64,000 bases of DNA, taken from positions 9,726 to 73,725 of the forward strand of contig JAYEGX010000055.1 in assembly GCA_034659295.1 (NCBI GenBank). The letters run 5' to 3'. The position numbers were made by a program, and so were the translations under genes. Under the pieces are notes generated by a model. It was not told the origin of the DNA, did not search any database, and saw nothing but the letters and a program-made list of their open reading frames with translations. Numbering within the stretch: the first letter of the stretch is position 1; the number at the start of each line of letters is the position of its first letter. This document shows, piece after piece, positions 9,943 to 18,285 of the stretch. Source of the stretch: Candidatus Altiarchaeota archaeon (GTDB lineage: Archaea; Altiarchaeota; Altiarchaeia; IMC4; QMZM01).

Positions 9943-10150
9943 ACTACCCACCGTTTAAGGAGGTGGGCATTCCATCAGGAGGTTAGATATCATGCACAGC
10001 ATAATCCAAAACACCGTCATCGGAACGAAAGAGTCCGTTTACAGAGACTCGTCTGCTGGTAAACTGGAAAGAAGCAGATTGGTTAGAAACATGCTTATCC
10101 CGCACCAACAGAGATTTAACAGCGACAGCAAGACTAGCCTTCCTATCGCT
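9920..10150 (-). ncRNA. Predicted TnpB omega/reRNA (scaffold overlapping the tnpB 3' end and right end, guide from flanking host DNA); boundaries approximate
   Basis: Inferred from the established IS200/IS605 architecture and the right-end hairpin; transcript not visible from sequence. Confidence 0.45.
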
Positions 10151-11255
10151 ATTCACTATCTGACCACAGTTACCACACTTAAAGAGAGCATAGTTGCTGC
10201 TATGCCCTCTCTTAGCCACAGCACCGCAGTGGCTACACCATTTGCTGGTGTGGTAGGCATTAACAAGGTGAAGTCTGATGTTTTTATCGAAGCATCTGCT
10301 TTCAAGAGTTGTTCTAAACAAGAAGGTAGGAATCCTCAAAACCTCTTTATTGAATCTCCTACCCTTGGGCTTGAATCGTGTGAGTTTCTCGATGGCAACA
10401 TCAGCATCGTATTCAACAGCCAGGTTTGTGATGTCTCTCACGACTTCACCTATTCTGTTCCTGACAAAATTTTGTTCCTTAGTCTTGAGTCGGATAAGCT
10501 GTTGCCTGGCTCGGTGGCTTCCCCTGTCTGCGAAACTCTGAAGCCGTTCTCTTCTTTCAAAGATTCTCTTACGCTTAACCCAGATGTCTTTCCCAAGATA
10601 GAGTTGCTTGAGAATCTTCCCTTCTGGGGTGAGAACAGACACGGCGAAGCATTTACTGTTAACATCAACTCCGAGCATATTCCTTCTTATAGGGATTTCA
10701 GCTTCTTTGGAGAGGTATGCGACTATCTGTCCGTCGGAGGTGAGCCCGTAAGTCTTACAGGTCCACCCTCCCTGGAGCAGGGAGCTATATCTCTGGAGGT
10801 TTCTGTTATGCCTGAGGGGGACTGCTGTTCTCTTCCGAGGATACATCCCAAGCTCTATGAAGGTTCTGGTTTTGGTCTGGAAGGTTTTACAGTTCCGAGG
10901 GACATTAAATTTGACGGTGATTGCCTTAAGGTTTGTGCCTTTGCTTCTGACTACACTCCGTTCAATGTCGCAGATTACTTGACTGTTGAAAGAGGTGGTT
11001 TCCTTGCAAGTTGAATACATCGCCTTATGTAAATCCATCAGCTTCTTTGATGTTCGGTTTTTGAGCAGGAGATTAGCGAGAGAAACAGCCTTAATGCTGA
11101 ATTCCTTCAGAATCGCTCTCTTACAGGCTGTTGCATCAGTTTGTAATCGTATTGCACGCTGCATGTTTCTAACCAAGTATATATTAGATTCAGTATTTAA
11201 AGAGGACGTGGCAACTCCTCCCACCCCCAAAGGGGATGGGTCTCCTTGCCACAAC
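9939..11255 (-). mobile_element. Non-autonomous IS200/IS605-family (IS1341-like, tnpB-only) insertion sequence
   Basis: Related subterminal hairpins at both ends (9947-9967 and 11220-11240, the latter within GTGGCAA/TTGCCAC). Right end reads ...GGTGGGTAGTTTAC on the minus strand. No target-site duplication, and removing the element restores CAG CAA TAA G ATG joining the ACT gene to hom. Confidence 0.85.
9983..11164 (-). CDS. tnpB: TnpB RNA-guided endonuclease (393 aa; probable start MQRAIRL)
   Basis: RuvC triad GVDVN / AIEKL / NSDRKAS, zinc ribbon CSHCG...CGNCG, TSKWC motif; TATA-like TTTAAATA about 30 nt upstream of ATG 11164. Confidence 0.92.
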   Translation of the reverse strand: MQRAIRLQTDATACKRAILKEFSIKAVSLANLLLKNRTSKKLMDLHKAMYSTCKETTSFNSQVICDIERSVVRSKGTNLKAITVKFNVPRNCKTFQTKTRTFIELGMYPRKRTAVPLRHNRNLQRYSSLLQGGWTCKTYGLTSDGQIVAYLSKEAEIPIRRNMLGVDVNSKCFAVSVLTPEGKILKQLYLGKDIWVKRKRIFERRERLQSFADRGSHRARQQLIRLKTKEQNFVRNRIGEVVRDITNLAVEYDADVAIEKLTRFKPKGRRFNKEVLRIPTFLFRTTLESRCFDKNIRLHLVNAYHTSKWCSHCGAVAKRGHSSNYALFKCGNCGQIVNSDRKASLAVAVKSLLVRDKHVSNQSASFQFTSRRVSVNGLFRSDDGVLDYAVHDI

Positions 11256-11260
11256 ATAAG

Positions 11261-12262
11261 ATGAAAAAAATAAAGCTTGCTATTGTGGGACTGGGCGTAA
11301 TCGGTAGAGGGGTTGTAGAGATACTTTTGGGGAAAAAAGAATTCCTCAGGGACAGGGGGTTGGATTTGGAGGTTGTTGCCTTATGTGAGATAAATGGCAG
11401 CATAGTCTCTGATGGTGGGGTTGATTTGGAGAAGACCTTGGAGCTTGCGGGAAGGGGGGAACTGGATAAACACAAGCAGTGGAGCAGTAGTAAGAGCATG
11501 GAGGTCTTGGGGGAGGTTAATGCAGATATTGTTTTAGAGCTGACTCCGGGGAACATAGACGATGGGGAACCGGGATACAGCCACATAAAGAAGGCCCTAG
11601 GTAATGGAATGCATGTGGTCACCTCCAACAAGCCGCCAATAGCATTACATTACAGGGAATTAGATGAGCTTGCAGGAGAGAGAAATCTAAAATTAAGGTA
11701 TGAGGCCGCTGTTGGAGGGGCTATTCCGATATTAAACCTTCACCAGAAATGCCTGCAGATTAATGAGGTGAGATCTATCTACGGCATACTTAACGGAACC
11801 ACAAACTATGTCCTGAGCAAGATGGTAGAGGACGGCCTCAGCCTGGAGAATGCATTAAATGAGGCGAAAGAACTGGGTATAGCGGAACAGGACCCCTCAT
11901 ACGACATCGACGGAGTGGATACCGCCTTGAAGGTGATTATATTAGCTAATTCCATGCTGGATATGGATGTTGAATTTGGGAACATGAAGATTCAGGGTAT
12001 AAGGGACGTAACCCCCGAAGCGGTGGATTTGGCGAAGAAACACGGGTACGTTATTAAATTAATCGGTGATGTACGCCGCATGGAGGTTTCACCCCGCCTC
12101 ATACCCGTAGACCACCCCCTGAATGTGTCAGACAGCCTTAATGCTATTATGATAGACTCTGATGTCGCCGGAGAACTGACCCTTGTGGGTCATGGCGCAG
12201 GCGCCAGAGAAACAAGCAGCTCGATATACTCTGACGTAATCGAAATCGCAGAAGGGATTTGA
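11261..12262 (+). CDS. hom: Homoserine dehydrogenase
   Basis: AIVGLGVIG Rossmann motif, VVTSNK, YEAAVGGAIP, GILNGTTNY, DPSYDIDGVD; true start ATG 11261, just outside the IS left end. Confidence 0.95.
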   Translation: MKKIKLAIVGLGVIGRGVVEILLGKKEFLRDRGLDLEVVALCEINGSIVSDGGVDLEKTLELAGRGELDKHKQWSSSKSMEVLGEVNADIVLELTPGNIDDGEPGYSHIKKALGNGMHVVTSNKPPIALHYRELDELAGERNLKLRYEAAVGGAIPILNLHQKCLQINEVRSIYGILNGTTNYVLSKMVEDGLSLENALNEAKELGIAEQDPSYDIDGVDTALKVIILANSMLDMDVEFGNMKIQGIRDVTPEAVDLAKKHGYVIKLIGDVRRMEVSPRLIPVDHPLNVSDSLNAIMIDSDVAGELTLVGHGAGARETSSSIYSDVIEIAEGI

Positions 12263-12289
12263 TTTTTTTTATTTTTTTGAAACCGGCTT

Positions 12290-12340
12290 TGCACATTAAG
12301 TCCTACTTGCACAAAAAGTCAGGAATCTGCACAAAAAGTC
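12290..12340. repeat. Three 13-bp direct repeats at the left edge of an AT-rich islet
   Basis: TGCACATTAAGTC (12290), TGCACAAAAAGTC (12308), TGCACAAAAAGTC (12328). Confidence 0.6.
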
Positions 12341-12627
12341 GAGTTTTGAAATGAAAGAAAATTTATTGAAACAATATAGAAAAAGGGAGTATGTAGTGTC
12401 TAACTCAGAATATAAGAATCTCAAGAGAATTCTGTTTTTTAAGCATTTATACATAAATCATAATGTTAAGGGTGGTTGCTTTATGATTGATGGTTTTCTG
12501 CATATTGATTATCAGAATACTCCACTTTTTTTTAGGATAAAATCACAATGTTATTTCTTAAAAAACGGTATAAATATTAACTTGTCTGATGTAATCCATA
12601 ATGGTTGGCTTACTCAGGGGTTCAATC

Positions 12628-12852
12628 ATGTCATTAATTGAAAAATTTCATGAAAGGGTAGGTCATTTAGTTGAAGGTGATGTCTGGAATAAGGAATACG
12701 CTGAACTCAATATTACTGAAGAGTCACGTGAACTAATCAAGAAGGGAAGAAGGAGATATAGAGGTTCTGTTAGAATTTCAAGGGGATTGTTTCATACGAC
12801 TGAGGAACGAAAAAGATTAATGGATGAACTTTTATCAGCACAGCTTCCTTAA
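12628..12852 (+). CDS. Small hypothetical protein (probable start MSLIEK)
   Basis: 74-aa ORF closely followed by the next gene; no recognisable motif. Confidence 0.5.
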   Translation: MSLIEKFHERVGHLVEGDVWNKEYAELNITEESRELIKKGRRRYRGSVRISRGLFHTTEERKRLMDELLSAQLP

Positions 12853-12864
12853 TTCTTTAAAAAA

Positions 12865-13512
12865 ATGTTCAATGCTGAAGAGAAACGAGAGCTTAAAAAA
12901 ATCACTGAGTTGTATGGAGCTGTTAAAACAGTTATATTAAAAGCTGAAGAAATAAGTGGGGTATCCGACACTCAAGTAATAAATGAGTTAAGACATGCAT
13001 TTGACCACTTTATGAGAATAACTTCTGTAAAATTAGAAATCGTTCCAGATGATGATCTAGGAGAGGATTATATCAAGGATAATTTTAAAAAAACTTATGG
13101 GCACGTTTATCGATCTGGATATGATGCATTGGATTGGGTAACGCTTATTATAAGAGATGATATGATAGACATAATGAAACAATTTCCACTTGAAACAATA
13201 AATGAAGTGTGTCCTGAGTATTATAGAGAAATAAAGGCAGATGTAGAACAGATAAGTAATGAGATAGCTTCTATCCGTGCAAAAAAAGATGTCGGAATAG
13301 ACCATTTTGATAATTTTCTAGAATATGTTGAACTAATGAAACGATTAGAAAATCATAATATTACTTTAACTAGTAAAGTTAATGCAATGACTGAATACAC
13401 TGATAAACTAAAAAAAGAAAAGAGAAAAGAACAAATGATTAATATTGCTATAGGTATTGTGATAGGTCTTAGTGTTGGTGGTATTGTCTTTATTGCTTCA
13501 ACGCTTTTGTAA
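12865..13512 (+). CDS. Helical protein with an RxxxxH (HEPN-like) motif and C-terminal transmembrane helix
   Basis: INELRHAFDH and GHVYRSGYD; C-terminal IAIGIVIGLSVGGIVFIA; AT-rich codon usage. Confidence 0.6.
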   Translation: MFNAEEKRELKKITELYGAVKTVILKAEEISGVSDTQVINELRHAFDHFMRITSVKLEIVPDDDLGEDYIKDNFKKTYGHVYRSGYDALDWVTLIIRDDMIDIMKQFPLETINEVCPEYYREIKADVEQISNEIASIRAKKDVGIDHFDNFLEYVELMKRLENHNITLTSKVNAMTEYTDKLKKEKRKEQMINIAIGIVIGLSVGGIVFIASTLL

Positions 13513-13610
13513 ACTCAACCACTTGTTCTTACCTAACTTAAATTCTATTCCTACTTGTTATGCTTATATCTCACCTAGCTCTTTTTTTACCACATAATCC
13601 TATCCATTTT

Positions 13611-13629
13611 TATTAGTAGACTACTAATA
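13611..13629. promoter_or_regulatory. Perfect 9-bp inverted repeat upstream of the DUF2080-like gene; putative operator
   Basis: TATTAGTAG-A-CTACTAATA, followed by TAATAGTCTA direct repeats, about 20 nt before ATG 13650. Confidence 0.45.
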
Positions 13630-13649
13630 GTCTATTAATAGTCTACAAG

Positions 13650-13811
13650 ATGACCACAAAGAAAAAAGTCAAAGGACGGCTTATTTTAGAAGAAATTGCG
13701 TTTGATGATGCCGTTAAGAGAACAGTGCATAAGAGCAATAAGAGCAGCGGGAAGATAACCCTGCCCAAAGAGTGGATTGATAAAAAGGTTTATGTTGTTT
13801 TGATTGAATGA
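13650..13811 (+). CDS. DUF2080-like / AbrB-fold small DNA-binding protein (53 aa, below ORF-track cutoff)
   Basis: [53 protein letters not shown]; the [17 protein letters not shown] pattern is typical of DUF2080. Confidence 0.65.
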   Translation: MTTKKKVKGRLILEEIAFDDAVKRTVHKSNKSSGKITLPKEWIDKKVYVVLIE

Positions 13812-13815
13812 GAAA

Positions 13816-14601
13816 ATGAGTGATAACTCCCACATAGAATGGACTGAGGCGACATGGAACCCCTGCACAGGATGTACAAAGATAAGCACCGGTTGCCAGA
13901 ACTGTTACGCTGAACGGCTTGCGATTAGGTTGAAGAAGATGGGTCAGAAGAAGTATCGAAATGGTTTTAAGCTTACAGTTCATGAAGATGTACTCGAAAT
14001 CCCCGAGAAATGGGTGAAACCCCGTAAGATATTTGTCAATTCAATGAGCGACCTTTTCCATAAGGACGTGCCCACAAGCTTCGTCTTCAAAGTTTTTGAT
14101 GTGATGCAAAAAACCGACAGGCATCAGTACCAGGTACTAACAAAAAGACCAGAACGCACGGTAGAACTAAATAATAAACTGCCATGGAGTCCTAACATCT
14201 GGATGGGCGTAACAGTTGAGAATAACGACTATGTACATAGGATAGATTATCTGAGAAAAACCTCGGCCGCGGTGAAGTTTATCTCGTTTGAACCGTTGTT
14301 AGGTCCAATACGAGATGCAGACCTCCAAGGTATTGACTGGGTTATTGTTGGGGGGGAGTCCGGCCCGAATTCCAGACCCATGGAAAAGCAATGGGTTACC
14401 TCCTTAAGGGATCAATGTAAGCGCGATGGCATACCCTTCTTCTTTAAACAGTGGGGCGGTTTTAACAAGAAGGCAAATGGGAGGTTGTTGGAGGGTAGAA
14501 CTTATGATGGGTATCCCAATCAACCAGAGACTAAAAGCACCCTATTCATGCCGGAGTATAATCAGATAATTGCTTCTGCCTGCCGTCTGCAAGAGCATTG
14601 A
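13816..14601 (+). CDS. DUF5131 / phage Gp37-Gp68 family three-Cys (radical-SAM-like) protein
   Basis: [10 protein letters not shown], CxxxxxxCxxCYA ([13 protein letters not shown]), [41 protein letters not shown]. Confidence 0.93.
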   Translation: MSDNSHIEWTEATWNPCTGCTKISTGCQNCYAERLAIRLKKMGQKKYRNGFKLTVHEDVLEIPEKWVKPRKIFVNSMSDLFHKDVPTSFVFKVFDVMQKTDRHQYQVLTKRPERTVELNNKLPWSPNIWMGVTVENNDYVHRIDYLRKTSAAVKFISFEPLLGPIRDADLQGIDWVIVGGESGPNSRPMEKQWVTSLRDQCKRDGIPFFFKQWGGFNKKANGRLLEGRTYDGYPNQPETKSTLFMPEYNQIIASACRLQEH

Positions 14602-15472
14602 CAATCTCCCGTATCTGGAAGTTTTTCCTTACCCACTCCTTCTTTTGAAGCGCCTCTATTTTAGGCTTTATCTGTTTATGGATGGCGTGAACATTTTTAT
14701 TGTATGTTGCAAAAATTAAGTAATATTGGGGGCTTTTCGTTTCTGTTGAGTAAACATAGTAGCTGCTTGTTAGATACCCAAGGGCTTGTATCTGTCCCAA
14801 AAAAACATTCCTAAACAGTATGTGGCTTTTCCCCTGTTTTTTGTAATTAGGTAATTGCTCGCGCCACGTATCGGTTCCTAAACTCGTAGTGATTAGGTTA
14901 AAGTCTTTTTCTGTGTTTCTCTTTAGGGCCAGAAGCATGGGTTCTATCATGAGATTGATTATTAATTCAGGCTTCCGCCCAGTTTTTTCATCCATAAAAT
15001 TTGCAATGCCCTGTATAGTTGAAAATTTCAATTGGTCATGGTAAAATGGGTCAAGAAAGAACAATGAGGGTCTATTGGGTTTTCCAATTAATTTCAGGAT
15101 TTCAGGATAGCAAATATTTGCGTCGGCGCAGAAAAATTTTTCGACAAAATCTGTATGCTCTTTAAGATTCTCTTTAAGTTTTTCTATTTGCTCAGAATCC
15201 CAATCGTTGAATATGCACCGTAGGTTAAAATTAGCATCTTTAGCATAATCCATCAAATTAAAGTATGGCGGCTTCCAGTCGCGAAGACAATCTCCTGGAT
15301 ACTTCTCTATTAATTCCTCCGGCATTTGACTGCAGGTGCAAGATCCATCTCCAGCAAAAAGATCAACATAAACCAGTGAATGGATTCTGTTAGATTTAAA
15401 GACGTTTTTCCAGACACCAAAATAGTAAGCTAATATCCTATGCTTTATCTTGCTGTGCAGTTTTACATCCAT
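14546..15472 (-). CDS. tcmP: Three-Cys-motif partner protein (TcmP, SAM-dependent methyltransferase-like fold)
   Basis: [41 protein letters not shown]; adjacent to DUF5131. Confidence 0.85.
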   Translation of the reverse strand: MDVKLHSKIKHRILAYYFGVWKNVFKSNRIHSLVYVDLFAGDGSCTCSQMPEELIEKYPGDCLRDWKPPYFNLMDYAKDANFNLRCIFNDWDSEQIEKLKENLKEHTDFVEKFFCADANICYPEILKLIGKPNRPSLFFLDPFYHDQLKFSTIQGIANFMDEKTGRKPELIINLMIEPMLLALKRNTEKDFNLITTSLGTDTWREQLPNYKKQGKSHILFRNVFLGQIQALGYLTSSYYVYSTETKSPQYYLIFATYNKNVHAIHKQIKPKIEALQKKEWVRKNFQIREIVNALADGRQKQLSDYTPA

Positions 15473-15494
15473 TCTATAGCAAGTGGGGTTCTAT

Positions 15495-15683
15495 CTATTT
15501 ATTACTCCGTCGTGTTTTCCAAGCTTTTTTGGCTGCTTCGTGTCTATCGGCTCGGGGTTTATCCCAGTAGGGGCTTTTGCATTTGGGGCATACACGAGGG
15601 ATTTTCTCAGTTCTTGGAAGCCATTCATGACCGCAGCGTTCACAACGATACCCCATCACCTTGATTTCTACCTTTTTTACCAT
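15495..15683 (-). CDS. Small zinc-ribbon protein
   Basis: CERCGHEW...CPKCKSPYW, basic tail; AT-rich TATA-like sequence upstream. Confidence 0.75.
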   Translation of the reverse strand: MVKKVEIKVMGYRCERCGHEWLPRTEKIPRVCPKCKSPYWDKPRADRHEAAKKAWKTRRSNK

Positions 15684-15988
15684 ACTAGTTAGTAATATAT
15701 TCTTTAGTATATAAATATCTAGTAGTTATATACCTATGTAATAATATATTATATAAGTAAAATGAGGTTGACGAAGACGAGGCAACTAGAAGATTCTTAC
15801 CCTAGCCTCGGCGAGAGCCTTCACTTTATCCATCTGGTGGCTTCTCGCCTGAGGTGGTACACAGATTTCGCCAACGAGCAAGGATGGGTGGAACTGATTC
15901 CCAGACACGTGGCAGCAGCAGGCACAGTTGGCATGGCCACCCTCTTCGCTCTAAGCTACCTATACACCAGCTGGCGAGGTGACGTGGA

Positions 15989-16369
15989 ATGAAACAAACC
16001 ACTAAAATGAATATTATAAGGCTTGTGTTGGCATTTTTGATAATATGCCTTCTGGCCTAGAAAGGCTTCACTGCCGAAAACACCATCATAGGAGTAAACA
16101 TAGTGATAATAATGGCATTAATAACCTACACAAGGAAAAAATACCCCGAAAGATACATGAAAGACGAGAGAACCAAGAAATTATCAGCATACGCCGCATC
16201 AGGGTCATGGCTGATTACATTCATCACAGTAACAATACTATTTTGGATGGATTATGTAGGATACATAGAGTTTAGCGCAAGCCAGATAATAAACATTATC
16301 TTCTGGCTGATGCTCTTATCCATAACGATAACAGGATGGATGGTTTTCAGTAAAGACGATACACAATGA
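15989..16369 (+). pseudogene. DUF2178-like membrane protein interrupted by an in-frame TAG at 16058-16060 (or expressed from GTG 16103)
   Basis: GAGGTGA RBS before ATG 15989; MKQTTKMNIIRLVLAFLIICLLA*KGFTAENTIIG... continues in frame into KDERTKKL...SWLITF; overlaps the start of an XRE-HTH gene, as DUF2178 genes usually do. Confidence 0.6.
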
Positions 16370-16560
16370 AAACCCGCATCAAGGAATACAGGGCTAGATA
16401 TAATTTAACGCAGGAGGAGCTGGCAAAAAAAGTAGGGGTGAGAAGAGAAACCATAGTATTTCTAGAGAAAGGTAAATACAACCCATCACTGAAGCTGGCA
16501 TACGACATCGCCAAGGTATTCAACACAACAATAGAGGAACTTTTCATCTATGAAGATTGA
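16366..16560 (+). CDS. XRE-family HTH transcriptional regulator
   Basis: [36 protein letters not shown]. Confidence 0.93.
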   Translation: MKTRIKEYRARYNLTQEELAKKVGVRRETIVFLEKGKYNPSLKLAYDIAKVFNTTIEELFIYED

Positions 16561-16597
16561 TATCCACTTCAGGATCTGCCATTACGTGGCAGAGGAA

Positions 16598-17209
16598 TTA
16601 CTTTAGTTTCCTGTTCTTGGCTCTTAAACTGGGTCTGGCTTTCTCCGCACCCTTCCCTTTCCGGGTGAGGCCCCTGCCCTTTTTACCCGCAGGAGTTAAG
16701 CCCCTAAAGACCCTGTTTCGGTGTTTATTGCTACATATCCAGTTAATCTCGTCATCTCCCTTGATAACCGGATGGTTCGGGTCCACCAAGACCACCTCAT
16801 ACCATCTATACTGCCCGTCTTCCCACAGCCAGTAAGACCCCAAAACCTCCATATTAGTGTAATGTTTCTGGGCTCGCTCCTCAGCAATCCTCTGCTTACT
16901 CTTACCCGGAGTGATCTTTAACTGTCCAGCCCTCTTCGGCCGCCTGCCCTTTTTTGGCCTTGATCTACCCGTAATACCTCTCTTTATTCTCACCCGGGAG
17001 ATAGTGAATCCCTGCTTAGCCTTATAGCCATACTGTCTGGCCCTGTCGATCCTGGTAGGCTTCTCAACCCGCACCACAGAGCGACCTCTCCTCCACCGCT
17101 TCTTTCGCTCAATAAACAACTTTCTCAACTCAGGGTGCTCCGGGCTGGAATATCTCCTGCCGACATCCTTATACAATCCACTGATATATTTATGATAACC
17201 CATTTTCAA
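16598..17209 (-). CDS. rpl15e: 50S ribosomal protein L15e
   Basis: PTRIDRAR..GYKAKQG, IAEERA, EVVLVDP, RVFRGLTPAG. Confidence 0.97.
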   Translation of the reverse strand: MKMGYHKYISGLYKDVGRRYSSPEHPELRKLFIERKKRWRRGRSVVRVEKPTRIDRARQYGYKAKQGFTISRVRIKRGITGRSRPKKGRRPKRAGQLKITPGKSKQRIAEERAQKHYTNMEVLGSYWLWEDGQYRWYEVVLVDPNHPVIKGDDEINWICSNKHRNRVFRGLTPAGKKGRGLTRKGKGAEKARPSLRAKNRKLK

Positions 17210-17288
17210 TGAAATAAAAGCATATTGATTTAATTAGTCTAAATATTTATTATTTTATCAATAAAAATCATCTGTCTAGGAGGACAAT

Positions 17289-17912
17289 GTGCCCATAAAA
17301 AAATTAGTGAAATGGTTTAAAGACATATTCGGGAAAAAAAAGGAAATAAGGATTGGATTCTATGGGCCTCCGAACGCTGGTAAAACAACGCTAGCGAACA
17401 AGATTTCTATGGACTGGACAGGGGAGCCGATAGGTAATGTATCTGAAATCCCCCACGAAACCCGCGAAGTGCAGAAAAAAGAGAGGGTTGTTGTCCGGAC
17501 AGGAGATAAAAGCATCACCATGAACATTCTGGACATGCCCGGTATTGCCACAAAAATAGACTACGAGGACTTCATAAAGCGGGGCATGGAAAAAAAAGAA
17601 GCCCAGATAAGAGCCAAGGAAGCCACCAAGGGAGTTATTGAAGCCATCAAGTGGTTGGAGCACGTGGACACAGCCCTAGTCGTTATGGACTCGACAAAAG
17701 ACCCCTACACTCAGGTGAACATCACCATAATAGGGAACCTGGAGGCTAGAGGCATTCCAATAATAATAATAGCCAACAAGCTGGATTTACCCGAATCCAA
17801 GCCAGAATGGATTGAGGAAGCATTTCCACAGCACCCCGTTGTGGAGTTATCCGCCCTAACAGGAAACCACGTTGAGGAACTATATGAGGCCATAGCCAAA
17901 TACTCAAGATAA
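17289..17912 (+). CDS. oapA: Small Era-like GTPase OapA/ArvA
   Basis: GPPNAGKTT (G1), PHETR, DMPG (G3), ANKLD (G4), SAL; EATKGVIEAIKWL and DPYTQVN family motifs. Confidence 0.88.
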   Translation: MPIKKLVKWFKDIFGKKKEIRIGFYGPPNAGKTTLANKISMDWTGEPIGNVSEIPHETREVQKKERVVVRTGDKSITMNILDMPGIATKIDYEDFIKRGMEKKEAQIRAKEATKGVIEAIKWLEHVDTALVVMDSTKDPYTQVNITIIGNLEARGIPIIIIANKLDLPESKPEWIEEAFPQHPVVELSALTGNHVEELYEAIAKYSR

Positions 17913-17913
17913 A

Positions 17914-18285
17914 ATGGAAGTGGAAATAGAGTTCATATCATCCAATGTATTGGAGTCAAAAACAAACACTCAAAGAATGAGTTACATCCTGAACAGGATA
18001 AAAAAAGACAAGATACTCGTCCTCGAGAGAGGTCTTAGCTCATTTGACGAATCCCGGCTTATAGAGGAAACCATGAAGCAGATAGACGAGAAATTCAGCG
18101 GCATAGAGATTTCAACTCTGAAGGAAAACAACGTGAAGGGGGTTAGAAAAAAACTTATACAGATTCTGGGAGGTAAACTTGGCGGGTTGACGGTAATCGG
18201 CCCCTCAAGATTAATCAAGAAAATAAAGAAGGAACCTGAGAGAATATCTCTTTTTGCAGGGGTTAAGGACTCAGGGAGAAAATGA
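17914..18285 (+). CDS. oapB: DUF2073 protein OapB/ArvB
   Basis: ILVLERGL...ESRLIEETM..I...FSGIEI, GLTVIGPS; directly follows oapA. Confidence 0.85.
   Translation: MEVEIEFISSNVLESKTNTQRMSYILNRIKKDKILVLERGLSSFDESRLIEETMKQIDEKFSGIEISTLKENNVKGVRKKLIQILGGKLGGLTVIGPSRLIKKIKKEPERISLFAGVKDSGRK

Noticed and set aside
9992..11014. 340-aa plus-strand ORF
   Set aside because: Antisense shadow of tnpB with no recognisable motif
9983..11164. Cas12f/Cas14 CRISPR effector
   Set aside because: No CRISPR array or cas1/2/4 nearby, and the gene is bounded by IS200/IS605-type ends
11165..11257. N-terminal 31 aa of the TnpB ORF and the MPQHK extension of hom
   Set aside because: Both run through the IS left-end hairpin; better starts are ATG 11164 and ATG 11261
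12351..12641. 96-aa ORF in AT-rich DNA
   Set aside because: Low-complexity composition with no motif; probably chance or a decayed fragment
15762..15992. 76-aa ORF upstream of the DUF2178-like gene
   Set aside because: Possibly a gene remnant, but no family can be supported
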